Numbered from the whole stretch's first letter, positions 12,873-25,754 are shown. The stretch is 57,407 bases of DNA, filler included, from Basidiobolus ranarum (GCA_040143965.1; 5 parts of 5 records of this genome joined end to end with filler, not necessarily neighbours in it), one strand, 5' to 3'. A program made the numbers and translations. Notes: a model not told the origin generated them from the sequence alone.

Positions 12873-13131
12873 TGTTAAAGTATTTGCTGAGTATTCAGTT
12901 GACATTTATAGTTTTGTCAAGATGTAAGCAAACTAATGTGTAGAATGTGTTAAGGAAGGTCCCAGGAACATGTGTGCAAAATTTGGGGCTTCTTGGAAAA
13001 ATCTATATATCTTCAAACTTCTAAGTAAATTCCTTATGAGAATAATGGATAATATCTTAGTGAATTATAAGATAACTAAGTACTAAGCTATTTATGACTA
13101 TATAGGTGTTTAGGCAATGCTAATTTCAACA
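12873..13131 (+). mobile_element. Solo-LTR-like repeat copy B (259 bp) with 5-bp TSD AATAC
   Basis: TGTTAAAG...TTTCAACA flanked by AATAC at 12868-12872 and 13132-13136. Confidence 0.88.
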
Positions 13132-13194
13132 AATACATTCTCGAGTAACCTACACTAACAACTTTGACGCCAATACATTCCCGAGTAACCTACA
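13132..13194 (+). repeat. 40-bp tandem repeat into which copy B inserted
   Basis: AATACATTCYCGAGTAACCTACA repeated at period 40; left flank 12851-12872 (CTAACAACTATAACACCAATAC) matches the other half of the unit. Confidence 0.75.
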
Positions 13195-13545
13195 TAATCT
13201 TAGGATAGTTATACAATTCTGAGTTATTTGTGTAAAATGAACAACATCCACTACAATGCAATCAGAATACAGTCACCAGAGTATGTTGATGTAAAATATA
13301 AATGGTTTCCTTTCTCTTTTATAAGTTGTGGATAAAACTACAAAGACTTTTCAATACGGAATTGTACATTAGCCACCTGATGTTATACCTAATTTTAGTA
13401 TATACTATAGTCTTGGTATTCTACTTAGAGGTTCAAAAGCTTATTGAATGAGATAAACTCATATTAAACCACTTTCATCCAGTATAAATACAGCTCTTTA
13501 ACTCATATTTCAAAATATCCTGCCTTATCTACTTCGATATCTACC

Positions 13546-14010
13546 ATGCAACTATTCATCACCTTTCTAGCTTCCTGTAGTGTTCTCTTCCAAGTTGCCT
13601 CCAGTATTCCAACCAGCTACTATCCTTACCAGTATACCCCACAAATGTATGGTCGATATGTAGGCAACCCATGTGTTCAAGGATATCTTTGTAGCCGGGG
13701 GATTCAGACAAGAGTAGCACCAGTCGCTAGTGTTCCAATACTGAGACAGAAATTTGTTACCATTACTCGAAAGCAAGATAACCTCAATACCGCCAAAGCG
13801 AGCAACAAGAAATTCGCTAGGGTCAAGTATCAGGATGGGCCCAGTGCTGAAGTTGAAGGAGAGCAAACTGCATCAGTCTATGCCAAGAAGCGCGGTGGTG
13901 AACGTTCGTTCAACCCCATATATGGCCAAGAGCAGTTTGGCCAAGCATTACCATATACTCAAGCTGAACCGATTCAATCAGAGCAGTACAACCCTTCCAT
14001 TGAGCAGTAG
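13546..14010 (+). CDS. Small secreted Tyr/Gln/Pro-rich protein, unknown function
   Basis: Signal peptide MQLFITFLASCSVLFQVASS; upstream TATAAATA near 13483; AATAAA downstream; dibasic KKR site. Confidence 0.7.
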   Translation: MQLFITFLASCSVLFQVASSIPTSYYPYQYTPQMYGRYVGNPCVQGYLCSRGIQTRVAPVASVPILRQKFVTITRKQDNLNTAKASNKKFARVKYQDGPSAEVEGEQTASVYAKKRGGERSFNPIYGQEQFGQALPYTQAEPIQSEQYNPSIEQ

Positions 14011-15262
14011 TCGAAGAGGCAGCCTCCTTGAATTTGAGAATAAAATTCAGTGTTCTCGCAACTTCTATACTTACACGAGATATTACTACTGCTGGCATTT
14101 GAATGATAGCACATACTCCTACCTAACATACTCTGCCATGTAGTGAATCTCAGATGATAGCTTATTTTCTGATGGCCAATTATAAGCATGCATTGTCAAC
14201 ATTAGTATACACGCGCTTGTACCATTATTTATAATTGGTTGAGAATGAAACAGTTATTGTCGTGATAGGGATAGGCTAGTATATATATTATATTAATAAG
14301 CAATGTAACGGGTTTGTATATATATTATAAGCTCAATATCACACTACATAGCAATAGAAAAGACTGTCCAAATATGGCGATCTTGATAGCAAGTCAAAAT
14401 ACGAATGGTTTGCAATGCTACTGTGTGGTGGAATATATCCTAGCCCTAATCCTAACCATAACCATAACCATAAATTCATCTGTAGGAGAATGGAAGAAGT
14501 TCACAATAAGTAGCCCACCTAACCCTAAGCCCTACTGCTACTACTATTGTACTTATTTTTTGATACTAATACTCATTAACACTTTTCTACTTTAAATGCG
14601 ATACTTAGAGTTAGCCAATTCTAACTATTTACTATGTTTTTCGGTGTATCAGCAAAAGTATAACTCAAGCAGCTAAGCCTGTTATAATCCATACAAGTAT
14701 CATTGTCTGTGAGAATACGCAAAACGTTACTCAGTTACATGTGAATCTGATCAGAGGAGCAATCCAACTCTACAATCTACCCGATAAGAAGTATATCTGG
14801 TAACTCGGTCTTATGCATGCTTACTTTGTTTAGACAAACAGAGGATTTTCCGAGATCCGGTTTTACATAAGAAATTGATGGGCCAAGATGGTTTATTAAA
14901 GATTTTCCAATTGGCAAGTACTTCATCCACAGTAACTGTTGAGAAACATGCGCACCCAACGCAGGAACCAAGAACAAAGGAACCAATTGCTAATTATTAG
15001 TCGTTACTAAAGGTTTACTTGAGGTAAGTGGAAAGAGGTAGGATCCGTATATATATATAACCGTTATCCAATAGGCTGTAGCATGGTGGATATCTGGAGA
15101 ATTAGTGATTAATGGCCTTAGAGAATGCAAACGCTTATTTTTCTCTCAGATATGACAATGCATGAACGCCCATTTTTCCGGGCTGATTATGTGCGTACTT
15201 ATAAGCAGTCTAATTTTTCTCGGTTTCTCACATTACATTCACTACTTCTATAACTTTTGAAA

Positions 15263-16093
15263 ATGAAGATAGACATGCAACTTATGTTTATGCTAATGTT
15301 TACAATTTCTGTGGCATACCATACGGTAGATGCAGCCATTAACAGTATTTCATATGGGCAGTTTCAAGCTAAAGTAGGTGTCGCGCTATCAGGCTCCAAT
15401 CCTGAATGCGTGGACATCCTCGCCAATACATTGCGAAGAGTTGAGGAGACTGGAAAGGCTGGAGTCACACGAATCCGGGCATCACAACAGTGTGGAGATC
15501 AACCAGTTTGGGTAGGATATAACGTCAAGAGCCAAAATCCAACCAACATATCTCCAGGAATAGTCAAATCTTTAGGCGTGATTTTCACCGACCTGGTGAG
15601 AAACGGCGGCGTGAAGCATGCAATATATAATATCTATTATGATGACAAACCTATAGGCGGATATTGGTATAAAATAGGAGGTTCTCTACCTTTGCAGTAC
15701 TTCGATATGGAATATAGCAACAATACAGCTAAAGACTCTCGGAGTGTCAACTCATTGGTTGAACTACCTATAAGCGTCAGTTACAACAACACAAATTGCA
15801 ATCTTGTCTCGCTCGACACAACCATGGCCGCAGATGTCGTCATCACTGGCAATTCTGTGCAGTCTCCAGAACTCGTTACAGGTGAGCGTGAAACAGCCTA
15901 TAAAGTACCGAACATACAGGGATATGAAATCATCGTTGTAGCGTCTAGCAAAAAAGAAGGAATGCAAATGGCCGACACCTCCTTTGTCAGAACTATCACA
16001 GGTATTATGGCCAAGAATGAGTTTTCTAACGTTGAATACCAATGTGGGGATATATTTGTTGAAGTTACTGCTTTGGCCTATCAAATGTCTTAA
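15263..16093 (+). CDS. Orphan secreted protein (~276 aa), intronless
   Basis: Long ORF with a hydrophobic signal peptide ending ..TVDA; TATA-like element near 15200; AATAAA near 16111. Confidence 0.8.
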   Translation: MKIDMQLMFMLMFTISVAYHTVDAAINSISYGQFQAKVGVALSGSNPECVDILANTLRRVEETGKAGVTRIRASQQCGDQPVWVGYNVKSQNPTNISPGIVKSLGVIFTDLVRNGGVKHAIYNIYYDDKPIGGYWYKIGGSLPLQYFDMEYSNNTAKDSRSVNSLVELPISVSYNNTNCNLVSLDTTMAADVVITGNSVQSPELVTGERETAYKVPNIQGYEIIVVASSKKEGMQMADTSFVRTITGIMAKNEFSNVEYQCGDIFVEVTALAYQMS

Positions 16094-16612
16094 CATGGTT
16101 GAAATTTATTAATAAAAATTCAGTAATCCACTAATACCCAGGAATGAATCCGAAATGAATCTGCATATCCTAGGACATCCTTACTGTTGGATGTTAAGCT
16201 CACTCTCGTACAATTCCTGCTGAAGCACCATGTGGCTACCATTTAACAGTCATCCTTTGTATACAATATAATTGGAATTCTCAATGGCTGGGTAGACAAC
16301 TTTTCCATAATGATAAATTTACTAGCAATAACCAATGTATGCTTTTGAATTGTTCTAATTAGTTACAATGCTTCTTTATTCCGACTGACTTCGGATAATG
16401 GCCTAAACCAGTGTTTAAATAGACTGATTAAACGTTCTGACAAACGAGTTAATTTTAATCAGAATAAGAACTAGATTAATCGATTTGAATCATACCCTAG
16501 CACTAAATGGAACATGTCCAGTAATTTCTGGAAAATTCAAGAGATTTTGGATGAATATTTCAATGAAAGTTAGTACTGGTAGTATCATCTAAACTTTTGC
16601 TAAATAAAAACC

Positions 16613-17074
16613 ATGTTAAGAAGAGTCTTTAGCTTTAACACAAACCGTCTATCTATTACACCCACCTCTAAGTTATTCAATAATCTCCATTTTTACTCCA
16701 CAAAAACTTCTGACAAACCCAATAATCCTATGGAAGATAAAACCAGCGACGATCAACAGGTCAAAGTCCCACTAGGATTACCTGCTCCAGGCGATAGTGA
16801 TTCCACTCAAGTAGAGGTTGGAGGAACCAGTTTCAAACTTGACGCACTTGGTCCAGTTGGTAAGTCACTAGGGGGATTTTTTTAAAGTATAACCACTTGA
16901 TTCTAAACAAGTTTTGTATATTTAGTTGTAAATGAAGATGGTACCATCAGTCGTATCGATAACTGGAAAGAAATGACCGAGATTGAGCGGAAAAATGTGA
17001 ATCGAATTTTGTTAAAGCGTAACAAAGAACGTTTAGAAAAACTTAAAGCCCAGTTACCCACAAGCACACAATAA
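16613..17074 (+). CDS. Small conserved fungal-type protein with predicted mitochondrial presequence
   Basis: Intron 16860-16925 gives LDALGPVVVNEDGTISRIDNWKEMTEIER..RILLKRNKERL, a motif of an uncharacterised conserved family; Arg/Ser-rich N-terminus MLRRVFSF. Confidence 0.8.
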
Positions 17075-17267
17075 ACAAAATATTAGTTGACACATGGATC
17101 AGCAACTTCGTAAACGACCATATAGCCTATGCTAGTAATTTTGAACTATATAGTCTAGGTCAGTCATCCACGATGATCTCGACTCTCTACACAATGGATG
17201 GGATATTTTATGTCAAAATTGAGATTTATTAAATAGGTAATAAGTTATAATGGAGCCAATGAAGATA

Positions 17268-17834
17268 TTAGTGTTGCCAGGCATAAGCAAGCAGAGCCAT
17301 AGCTGCGCTTCCCATGTAAACGGTGTTAGTAGAGGCACCAGAGGTCTCGTTAGAGGAGGTACCATGAGTTTCTCCCGGAGTGGGTGTTGGAGAATTGGTG
17401 GGATAAGCAGCGGTGTACAGAGGTGTGGCCTGCACATCGGGAACCTCCAAGTAGGATGGGGGAGCTTTATCAGTTCCACATTGGAACTTCGTAGAGCAAT
17501 CAGTATAACATTGATTGCGAGTTTCGTCGGAAGAAGTATTACATTTTTCCTGACAATCTTGAGCTTTACCACGGCACTCTTCTAGGACGATTGGCCAAGT
17601 GTAAGGTTTGAAATCGGGAATTTTGGTTTTACAACCACATCCCCAACCCATCGTGGTAACGTTACAGAAATTCTTGGGTGCCTCCAATTCACCACCACAA
17701 TTGTTGGAGCAATAAGCCTTCTGCTGAACACAAATGTTTTCACGGTTAGCTACGGGAAGACTGGTTATTAACCATTCAGCCAAAACCTGGCTAGAGAACA
17801 AGGCAGCAGCGACAGTGAACGAGAGAAGCTTCAT
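17268..17834 (-). CDS. Secreted/GPI-anchored cysteine-rich cell-surface protein
   Basis: Signal peptide, Cys-rich domain (C..Q..YC..NC..NFC..C.C..C..C..C), S/T-rich linker and hydrophobic C-terminal GPI-like signal. Confidence 0.8.
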   Translation of the reverse strand: MKLLSFTVAAALFSSQVLAEWLITSLPVANRENICVQQKAYCSNNCGGELEAPKNFCNVTTMGWGCGCKTKIPDFKPYTWPIVLEECRGKAQDCQEKCNTSSDETRNQCYTDCSTKFQCGTDKAPPSYLEVPDVQATPLYTAAYPTNSPTPTPGETHGTSSNETSGASTNTVYMGSAAMALLAYAWQH

Positions 17835-18439
17835 AATGATATTAAGATGCTGAGAATTGAGTTAGAATCGAGGGTTTTATCTGAATTCTTATCGAGAAAA
17901 ACGCATCCTCTCCTCTCTCCTCTATCCATTGTTTCTCACCTTATATGGAACGTGTTATTGGTGATGATTAGTTTGGTGGAATTAACTTTGAGATGGAAAC
18001 TTCCCAAACTTAATTTACTCCACAATAGTCAGTCGGGAATCTTCCACAGACCAATTGGGTTGTTTTGTAGATGACAAATATTAATTAGGAATTGATGGAC
18101 TTGGAAGTAACTTTCTTACTGCAAACTTTTTACGACTTCTTTACAGGGTAAATTAAACGCCAACTTGTGCATGTGGTACGAAAATCACTTTAATTTCTCA
18201 CTTTTAATTTATCGTTATAACACGGGATTTTCACCTTTTAATATGGGATTTCCCATTGGAATTTCCATGATAATAAAGGAAAGTAATTTAAGGGCGAATG
18301 AATAAGGATTAGAGTTAAGGAGAGAGACAGGAACCGGATAAAGATAAGTATAAACATCTCTAGATACTTTAAACATCATTGTAATGTAACGAAAAGGTTC
18401 CTTCAAATATCTATAAACAAATATTATTCTATATCCAAT

Positions 18440-19309
18440 TTATCCGAAATTTTGGAAGACTTGAAGTCTTCCTTGTTTACCAGTATCCGATTGAGTGTTC
18501 CAAAAGTATTGGGCCAGATCACCCCGTACATTCTCTCGAATACCTCCTGCATGGATGGGTCGAGGTTGGGCTTGGGCTTGAATGGGTGCTCGGGAATATG
18601 AATATGATCCATCCATAACATAGCGCGAAGATGGGTCAGGTTTCGATTTGGGATTGTAGGTCTCTAAGTAGGTGACTTTTGGATTGAAGTAATCCTTATT
18701 TTCCATGTGTTGTTGAGTTGGCATCATGAGGGGCGATGCCAATGAAGGGTTGACTTGGATAGTGGAAGGAGCGGGGTGAGCAAATGGACTCCATTCAGTC
18801 CCAGGTTGAGCTCTAGGTTGGGATTCAGCCACGGTATGAATAAAGCAACAACGTTTACCGTAAGGGCAATTTCCTTGTTCCCAGAAAGTACGACAGATCT
18901 GTGTCTTATATTTCGGATGTCTTGGTACATCACGAAGTTGACTCATACCATGAGCAAATTGACATTTATCACTGTAACGACAAGTACCAGACTCTTCATA
19001 AGAACGACATAATTCAGTCTTATATAAAAGTAAATTCTTGACTCCACCACTAGACTGGGACCCATTGCAAACTGAATCAGATAAAGAAGAGTGAGAGGAG
19101 ACTGAGTTTTCTCTTGATAGAGTGCGATGATGGATTGACGGCGAATCTGTGGAGTTGGAGGAGAATGAACCCTGGCGGGAGAGCATCTGTGATTGATCAT
19201 TCCAAATATCTCTGGAAGTTGAACTAAAGAGAGAGTAGTGATTTTCGCATCGCTCGGTGGGAGTGAAAACTGGGGAGACTTTCGAATCGAACATATTTTG
19301 GAAGAGCAT
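18440..19309 (-). CDS. Tandem CCCH zinc-finger mRNA-decay factor (tristetraprolin/Cth1-Cth2/Zfs1 family)
   Basis: LYKTELC-x8-C-x5-C-x3-H and KYKTQIC-x8-C-x5-C-x3-H with family spacing; C-terminal RLQVFQNF resembles the NOT1-binding motif. Confidence 0.93.
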   Translation of the reverse strand: MLFQNMFDSKVSPVFTPTERCENHYSLFSSTSRDIWNDQSQMLSRQGSFSSNSTDSPSIHHRTLSRENSVSSHSSLSDSVCNGSQSSGGVKNLLLYKTELCRSYEESGTCRYSDKCQFAHGMSQLRDVPRHPKYKTQICRTFWEQGNCPYGKRCCFIHTVAESQPRAQPGTEWSPFAHPAPSTIQVNPSLASPLMMPTQQHMENKDYFNPKVTYLETYNPKSKPDPSSRYVMDGSYSYSRAPIQAQAQPRPIHAGGIRENVRGDLAQYFWNTQSDTGKQGRLQVFQNFG

Positions 19310-20337
19310 GTTATCCTAGTTGATTAGTTTAATTTCAAAGGAGCGAACACAAAACGTTAAAAATCCCAAGTAAATTCGAAAACAAAAGATCAGTCCAAAT
19401 CAGTGAAATACAATGAGGCGGTTTGCAAGGAGACGAGAGAGAAAGGGAGAAATTTCACAACAAATGCAATGCCAAATTGATAGAAACACTGGTGATCCAG
19501 TGAGTTAGAAAGATAGGCAGACGAGTGGACATTTATACTTCACCAAGCGAAAAGTGAGGCTCATCTCTTACTTTACACCATGTTTCTGGCTAGGTTTACA
19601 GCTTGTTTCTAGCTTGGAAACCGTAGGGTTAGATCAGAAATCATTATTAAATCATTATAAAATCATTGTAATCAACTTGGATTGTTAATGTGCAGCTTAA
19701 TGAATTCCTTGTAACAATAATCTGGTCGAATTGGGATATTTCAGCGTGAGGACATTTCGAAACGTGCAGCAACATTACTTCGGATGATATAGTCTCTAAC
19801 TTGGATCCACATTTTTTGATGCATTGCGTTGTCGGTCTCTTGGATGCTCCATAACTCCGTCATTTCTCCTTTAGTTCCGTTGATAGTCACTAGCTGCCCT
19901 CTCTCTCGTACCATCCACTGGTAGAATCAATGAAACGCTGGTAAAATGCATGAGACACTAGCAAAATAGCTGATTCAATGATGGTAAAATAAGTGAATCT
20001 AGGAATGACGAGGAAATATAAGCATTCGATCTACTACTACACCAACATATGCCTATCACTGATCATCCAATTGTCTATTTATTCGTTGGTCATTCAGGGA
20101 TGAGCGATATGCGGCACGCAACTTGCGATAAATAATCTACGAGTTCAGTTGTGGATTTTTATTTACTCATTTGCTGCAGAGTTTGTTCAATGGAGGAAAG
20201 CAAATAGTGAGGTAAGTTTTGGTGGTCGATGATTGCTAGTGATTTTGCTAGTGATTGCTGAGGGGTAGGGTACATATGAGTTACAATCAGCTCAAGGGAG
20301 AAAGATGTAATGGATGTGGGTGCTAAACGTAGGCCAT

Positions 20338-21071
20338 TCAAAGATCCTCGTCCATCTCCATCGCGGGTCTTTCGTCTTCCAATTCTACTGGATGCTTTAA
20401 CGCGTCACCCATGTGATAATGTTGAGCTCTCATTTTTAAGAAGCGTTCGTGTTTTTCTTTAGCTAGATCAAATAAACCAATATAAATTAAATTTGAAGAA
20501 TTCAAACTGAATACTGTATCATTTACTTTCTTCATCCTCCTCTTCTTCTTCCTCTTCCTCCGACCAATCATTTTCTTCGATAGCGTGAGCTCCACTTGGA
20601 GGTGAATCGATATCCTGGGATGGTATTGAGATAGGACCGTTCAAGCTCATATCTGGAATACCTTTAGATACAAAAATGGGGGGGGTCAATATTTCAACAG
20701 ACTTACCAAGAGTGATTTAGAGATGAAAGTAACGTACTATCTAGATCGGTCAAAACCAGGTCATTCTCGTGATCATAACGAACATAAGGGGTCTTAGGTT
20801 CGTCGATTTTCATGGTAGAATCTTTTTGAGCTTCCGTCAACAAGAGATTATCTTCGTCCCATTTCAATCTATTATTACAACAAGGACAACGGTTAGTTAA
20901 GAAGGCTTATTTAGGCTGGATTGGTGTGAGTTCGGTGATTTATGTATCAATTATGGGCTGGAGGTTCTTTCATACTCAAAATGCTTACTTGGTTGGACGT
21001 TCGGAAGTAGAATTTAGAGGGTTTTTCAAGATCCCTCTAGGCTTAGGCTTTTCTGAAGAGTTGGGGTTCAT
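20338..21071 (-). CDS. Protein phosphatase 1 inhibitor-2 (IPP-2/Glc8 family), multi-exon
   Basis: Exons read [28 protein letters not shown], acidic stretch, F..MRAQHYHM. Confidence 0.9.
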
Positions 21072-21656
21072 CACTCAACCGGACTGTATGTTGAAAACTA
21101 ATGATATGTGCGTAATACAAGAAGATTGAATTTATGATTGATGTCGAAGACAGCTTAAAAGAAGGTAAGAATCTATAGTTGGATAAATGGGTAAAAATTT
21201 CCAATTTATGACACTCGATCATATAAATAAATGGGAATGAATTCTGTCAAAGTTATCTTAAATTACTTCGGCATTTAAACAATTTGGTCGGTCACTGGAA
21301 TTGAACCTTAATACATGCTACAGCATATAGATAGAGTAACCACTAATTTAGCCTTCACACATGCTAGGAGATCGAGTAGTGGCCAATTTAAGGGTCTGGA
21401 CCATGCTGATTTCAAAGTCAATAGGGCTCTGTTCGAGTTGGACCCTTTATCTTTATGTACAAATACAACGACAAACTTTGGAAAAGCGGGTGAGTGGACT
21501 ATGAGTAGTCAATATACAAACCAAGAAGTGAATAGAGTGAAAAAGGGGTGAAAAGGGGGCTTCGGTGGCAGAAATGGCGTGGAAGTCAAATGGCATTAGT
21601 AAGTACAAAATATTATATAATCGGATAAACAAGGTAGAGCTAAGGGCAAGGGGAGC

Positions 21657-22929
21657 TTAATAGTAGTCGTATTCGTAGGAGCTAACTGGTGAAGCAGATA
21701 CAGATCTATGGTATCTGATGATTTGTAGTGTAGAGGTATAACTGTTGATGTCTGTGCCATCGAATTCTGTGTGAGATGCAGTAAGAAATGGATGATTGAG
21801 AGCTTCTGCTGCTGTTATCCGTTGATTTGGATTTGGATTAAGCATATTCTGCAGCAGATTAACCGCGTCATAAACAATGGAGGGACGGATGTTGTAGCAA
21901 CGCTCTTGGCTGAATGAGTCAAGTGCGTCGATAAGAGTACAGAGAGATTGAGTACCCATTTCACATCGACATCCGAGATAGTTAAGATAACAATCTGGAA
22001 CGTATGGCTCCAACAGAGAGCCAAGGATAATTCCAGCACTATAGATGTCAACATATGTTCCATGAGCATTGCCAGTATACATCTCAGGGGCAATGTAGCC
22101 TAAATTTAGGGAATACAGCTTAATACATGCCATCCAACCTCAAGCTACTTGAACTAATTACCTGGAGTGCCGCATGGAGCAATAGGCTCATCACAACATT
22201 TCCTCGATAAGCCAAAGTCAATCAGCACTAGATGGTCGTTATTATCGCACATGATGTTGTTGGGATTGATGTCCAAATGGGCGATTCCTTTCGAGTGAAT
22301 ATGAGCCAACGCCTACAAAGTATGAGTTAGGTTGCGGGTCATATCAATTAAGACTGTCGAGCGCTTACCTTCATCAAATCCCGAATCATCACAGCAATAC
22401 CACTGAGATCTTTATTTAGCATCTCGATCTTTTTCAGCAGAGGCATGACCAAGACCGCTCTGCCCTGATCATCGACAAGGGCCTCTTCTATTTGGAGGAT
22501 ATTAGGGTGGTAGCCAGTCATGCCAAACATAGAGACTTCACGCTCAGCTAACTCCCTTTGGGGGATGGTTTTGAATACAACAGGTACGAGATCAGACAAG
22601 CGAAGACCAAACTCAATGATGGATAGTTCGCTCTGTAGGATAGTGAAGTAAGAAACATTAGGAATCTTTCAAATCGTTTCTTGACTATCTTTGCTCAACC
22701 ATGTATGGAGTAACAAGGGGAACATTGGGGACTGAAATTTGATCAATCAAGTACATACCGAATCCTTTCGGGAGGATCTATCGACAAGATACTTGCTAAC
22801 TTCATTGACGGTGGATAAGGGTTCCAGATGTTCGCGCTCACACGTGAGTATTGAAGGAATAATAGAAATCTAGTCTTTTTTCTTAATTGAATCACACATC
22901 ATCATAGAATAATGAAAGCTCGCGACTTG
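21657..22929 (-). CDS. Ser/Thr protein kinase-like, multi-exon; 5' end uncertain or truncated by contig end
   Basis: VVFK, HPNIL, HLDINPNN, LIDFGLS, GTPGYIAPE, DIYSAG, RITAAEALNHPFL across GT-AG introns. Confidence 0.85.
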
Positions 22930-23029
22930 NNNNNNNNNNNNNNNNNNNNNNNNNNNNNNNNNNNNNNNNNNNNTTAATTAATTAANNNNNNNNNNNNNNN
23001 NNNNNNNNNNNNNNNNNNNNNNNNNNNNN
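22930..23029. other. Artificial contig-join spacer
   Basis: N run with TTAATTAATTAA. Confidence 0.98.
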
Positions 23030-25516
23030 CTGACAATTAAATACTAATGCCCCCAACTATCCCTATTAATCATTACCTTGGTCCGTCACAAGAAGTTCTA
23101 CGAACAGGAGCTGGCTCTTCTTCAGTGATCTTCACCTGGTGAGCAATGATCTTGGAATCCTCCTGTTGTCATATAGAGGGTTAAAAAAGTTTCGCAAGGA
23201 GGGGAAAAAAGAATACTTGCATGTTTCAATGCTTTCTCAGCGTGGTAACCATAAAAGGGACTGTTGGGGTTCATCGTCTCGTCATTAGAGAAGAGAGACT
23301 CATCAGTGTCTGTATTCTCGATTGATTGTGTATCAGAGTTCTTCATGTTTGTTTGAAAATTGGAAACTACGGAGATCGAAACGAGTGGTTTTTATACACA
23401 ATGACAAGGTGCACAAATATAAGGTAATGAATTCATGGAGAGGCAATGACCAAATTACTACCCAATCCTGCATAGCAAAATTAAAAATTTTCAACCATGG
23501 ATCCAACCATATATACATATATATCCAATAGCCATAACAGGGGATTGTTATTGCACCCAAAACTAAATTTGGATCATGCTGTGGCTCTATCAAGCAGATT
23601 ACCACAGTCTTACAAGGTCGTTGCTCGGATCGGTGGGATCCTAGTCTAGTAAGATCCACTTCCAAAATAGCCTCTCTCCGGTGATTGGATATGCTAAATA
23701 CAAGACATATTAATGGTGTTTTGTGGATGGCATGGTATTTAGGGAAGTGGCTTATTTGTAGCCAGTCATATCGCTACATGAAAATAGAGGCATCTGAAAC
23801 ATCTCGTCGGGTACTAGGCATCATTGGCTCGTACATACTCGGTTTTCATCGCAGAGCTTGGAATGAATATGACTTGATTAAGTTTACTCACCGATAAGGC
23901 GAATGCCAGCCAGTACGCTGTACGAGTTTCCCCATCACCTTGTACACTCGTCGTTAGTGTCACAACCAAGGAAAGTATTAAGACTGTGGAACCCAATTAC
24001 ACACAGCATCAGAATTCTTCTTAGCTAGTTACTGGAGCTCGTTACTACTTGATATCCTTCATTTCTCCTAGTTAAGGAAGAAAATATGAGAGTGCTGGTG
24101 CAACGCAACAAAGCGTATTCCTATAAACTCCCAGGCCCTTGAGGAATATTCTTGGGAATCAACTGAAAGAAGGCAGCGTTAATAGCTGGAAACTTCCTAC
24201 TTGATGAAGTCGCAGCACCTCCTCTTTTCTGAGACCGCACTCGTCAATTGATGCTAGCTTTCGCCCACCTTCTAAAGATGGCTGTGGTTCAAGCAGAGTG
24301 TCACCAGAGCTGGTAACACCACAGTGTTTAGTAAAAAGCAATGGTTCGTGACCATCTAAGTGATTTGATAGAATTATAATCTCATTATTACACTTTCCCA
24401 TGCTACAAGGATGCCCACAGGTCTATAAATGGTATCATTATGTAGAGGCTGCGGTTGATTTCATTTCATTTTCTTGTTGTTACTCCAGCCACTTGATGAG
24501 TGCTCAAGTTGAGGCTGGTATGCGAAAGTTGGTGGAACAGGATGTAGAATTATTGTTCCGCTGAAGAGATTTCATGAATTCTGGGATTCTTCCATTTAAA
24601 TACTATTTTAAGGAAGATTGACCTTAAGTGCATTGGCTCCTAGGATTAAGCCACAGGTAACAACCAAACGCTTCGTTGATTATAGCGAATAGAGTGTAGT
24701 TGCCAAAGCGGGTGATATGAGGAGTGGATGAAAACGGGATTTCTACTTCTTGGACTGTTCGCAACTTTGTTTATTATAAACCTTTATCCATGGTTAGTTT
24801 ATCCGCATCAATATAGTGCTTTTAGATTTCTAGATTTCATTGCATCATGCCTGTTTTGTACGGCCGTGTTCTGAGAGGTTAAAAAGTATGCGATTTAATT
24901 ATTACCCAAAATCGCATGATTGCTACTTGAGTGAGTGACTGAAAACACTGTGCTTGGTAAAGTGAGCCCAATATGTCATGTTAAACTTGTGCCCATCACC
25001 TGGGTAGTGTTTATTACCACTATAAAAGATCCAGCGAACATACTGAGAAGTACTAAACAAGAAATGGCTGGAATCAAGATGTCTTAAGCTTGGAGTTAAT
25101 AAACATCCATCATCTTATGAGATGTAACTAGAAAAAGTACAAGCTGGTCGCATTAGCCCACTGCATTACAATCACAATTCCTGCCTCACCACTACTGATA
25201 TAGAAGTTCTATTTCTAGCATTAGATATGCAAATGTGCCTTTTTCAATAACAACAAAATCTAGTAGAACCAGAGCATTCGGGATCTCCAGCTGATGATAA
25301 TTAGTTGGAGATAGAAGGGTTCATAAACTATTACAGGCTGTGGCTTAACTTGAGATAGTGGTCAACAGTGATTGCCTAGGATAATCAATTTCATCACTGA
25401 TGACAATTATCAATTTTCAACACAGAACTTGTATCACTCTATCATTACTTGAAGGTAATGAGAAGAACACTTGGTATTGGATAATATGGACTCTGTCCTT
25501 CCAGTAAAGATGTTTG

Positions 25517-25738
25517 CTAACATTCGTCAATCTCTTGTCCTGTATTCCCAGCTACCATTAGATGAAATTTTGACCAGTCAAATCTTGTGCTATTAATTCT
25601 ACGAGCTTGCGGATATTGAACATCATTGGTCCACCAATCAAATGTATCTTTTTCATTGAGCTTCCCCCAGTATGTAGGTATTTTGAGAGGAGGGTTGAAG
25701 ATGTTGAAGCCAAGTATTTCAACGTTACCAGCTTCCAT
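25517..25738 (-). mobile_element. Possible decayed retrotransposon gag-like fragment
   Basis: PLKIPTYWGK..DTFDWW resembles the gag P.F.G....W motif; CpG-poor context next to an LTR-like copy. Confidence 0.3.
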
Positions 25739-25754
25739 ATTATATGTTTAGTAC

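Noticed and set aside
23030-23346. ORF 23122-23346 as the missing 5' end of the kinase
   Set aside because: It lies on another contig, has no kinase motifs and appears frameshifted; identity unsupported.
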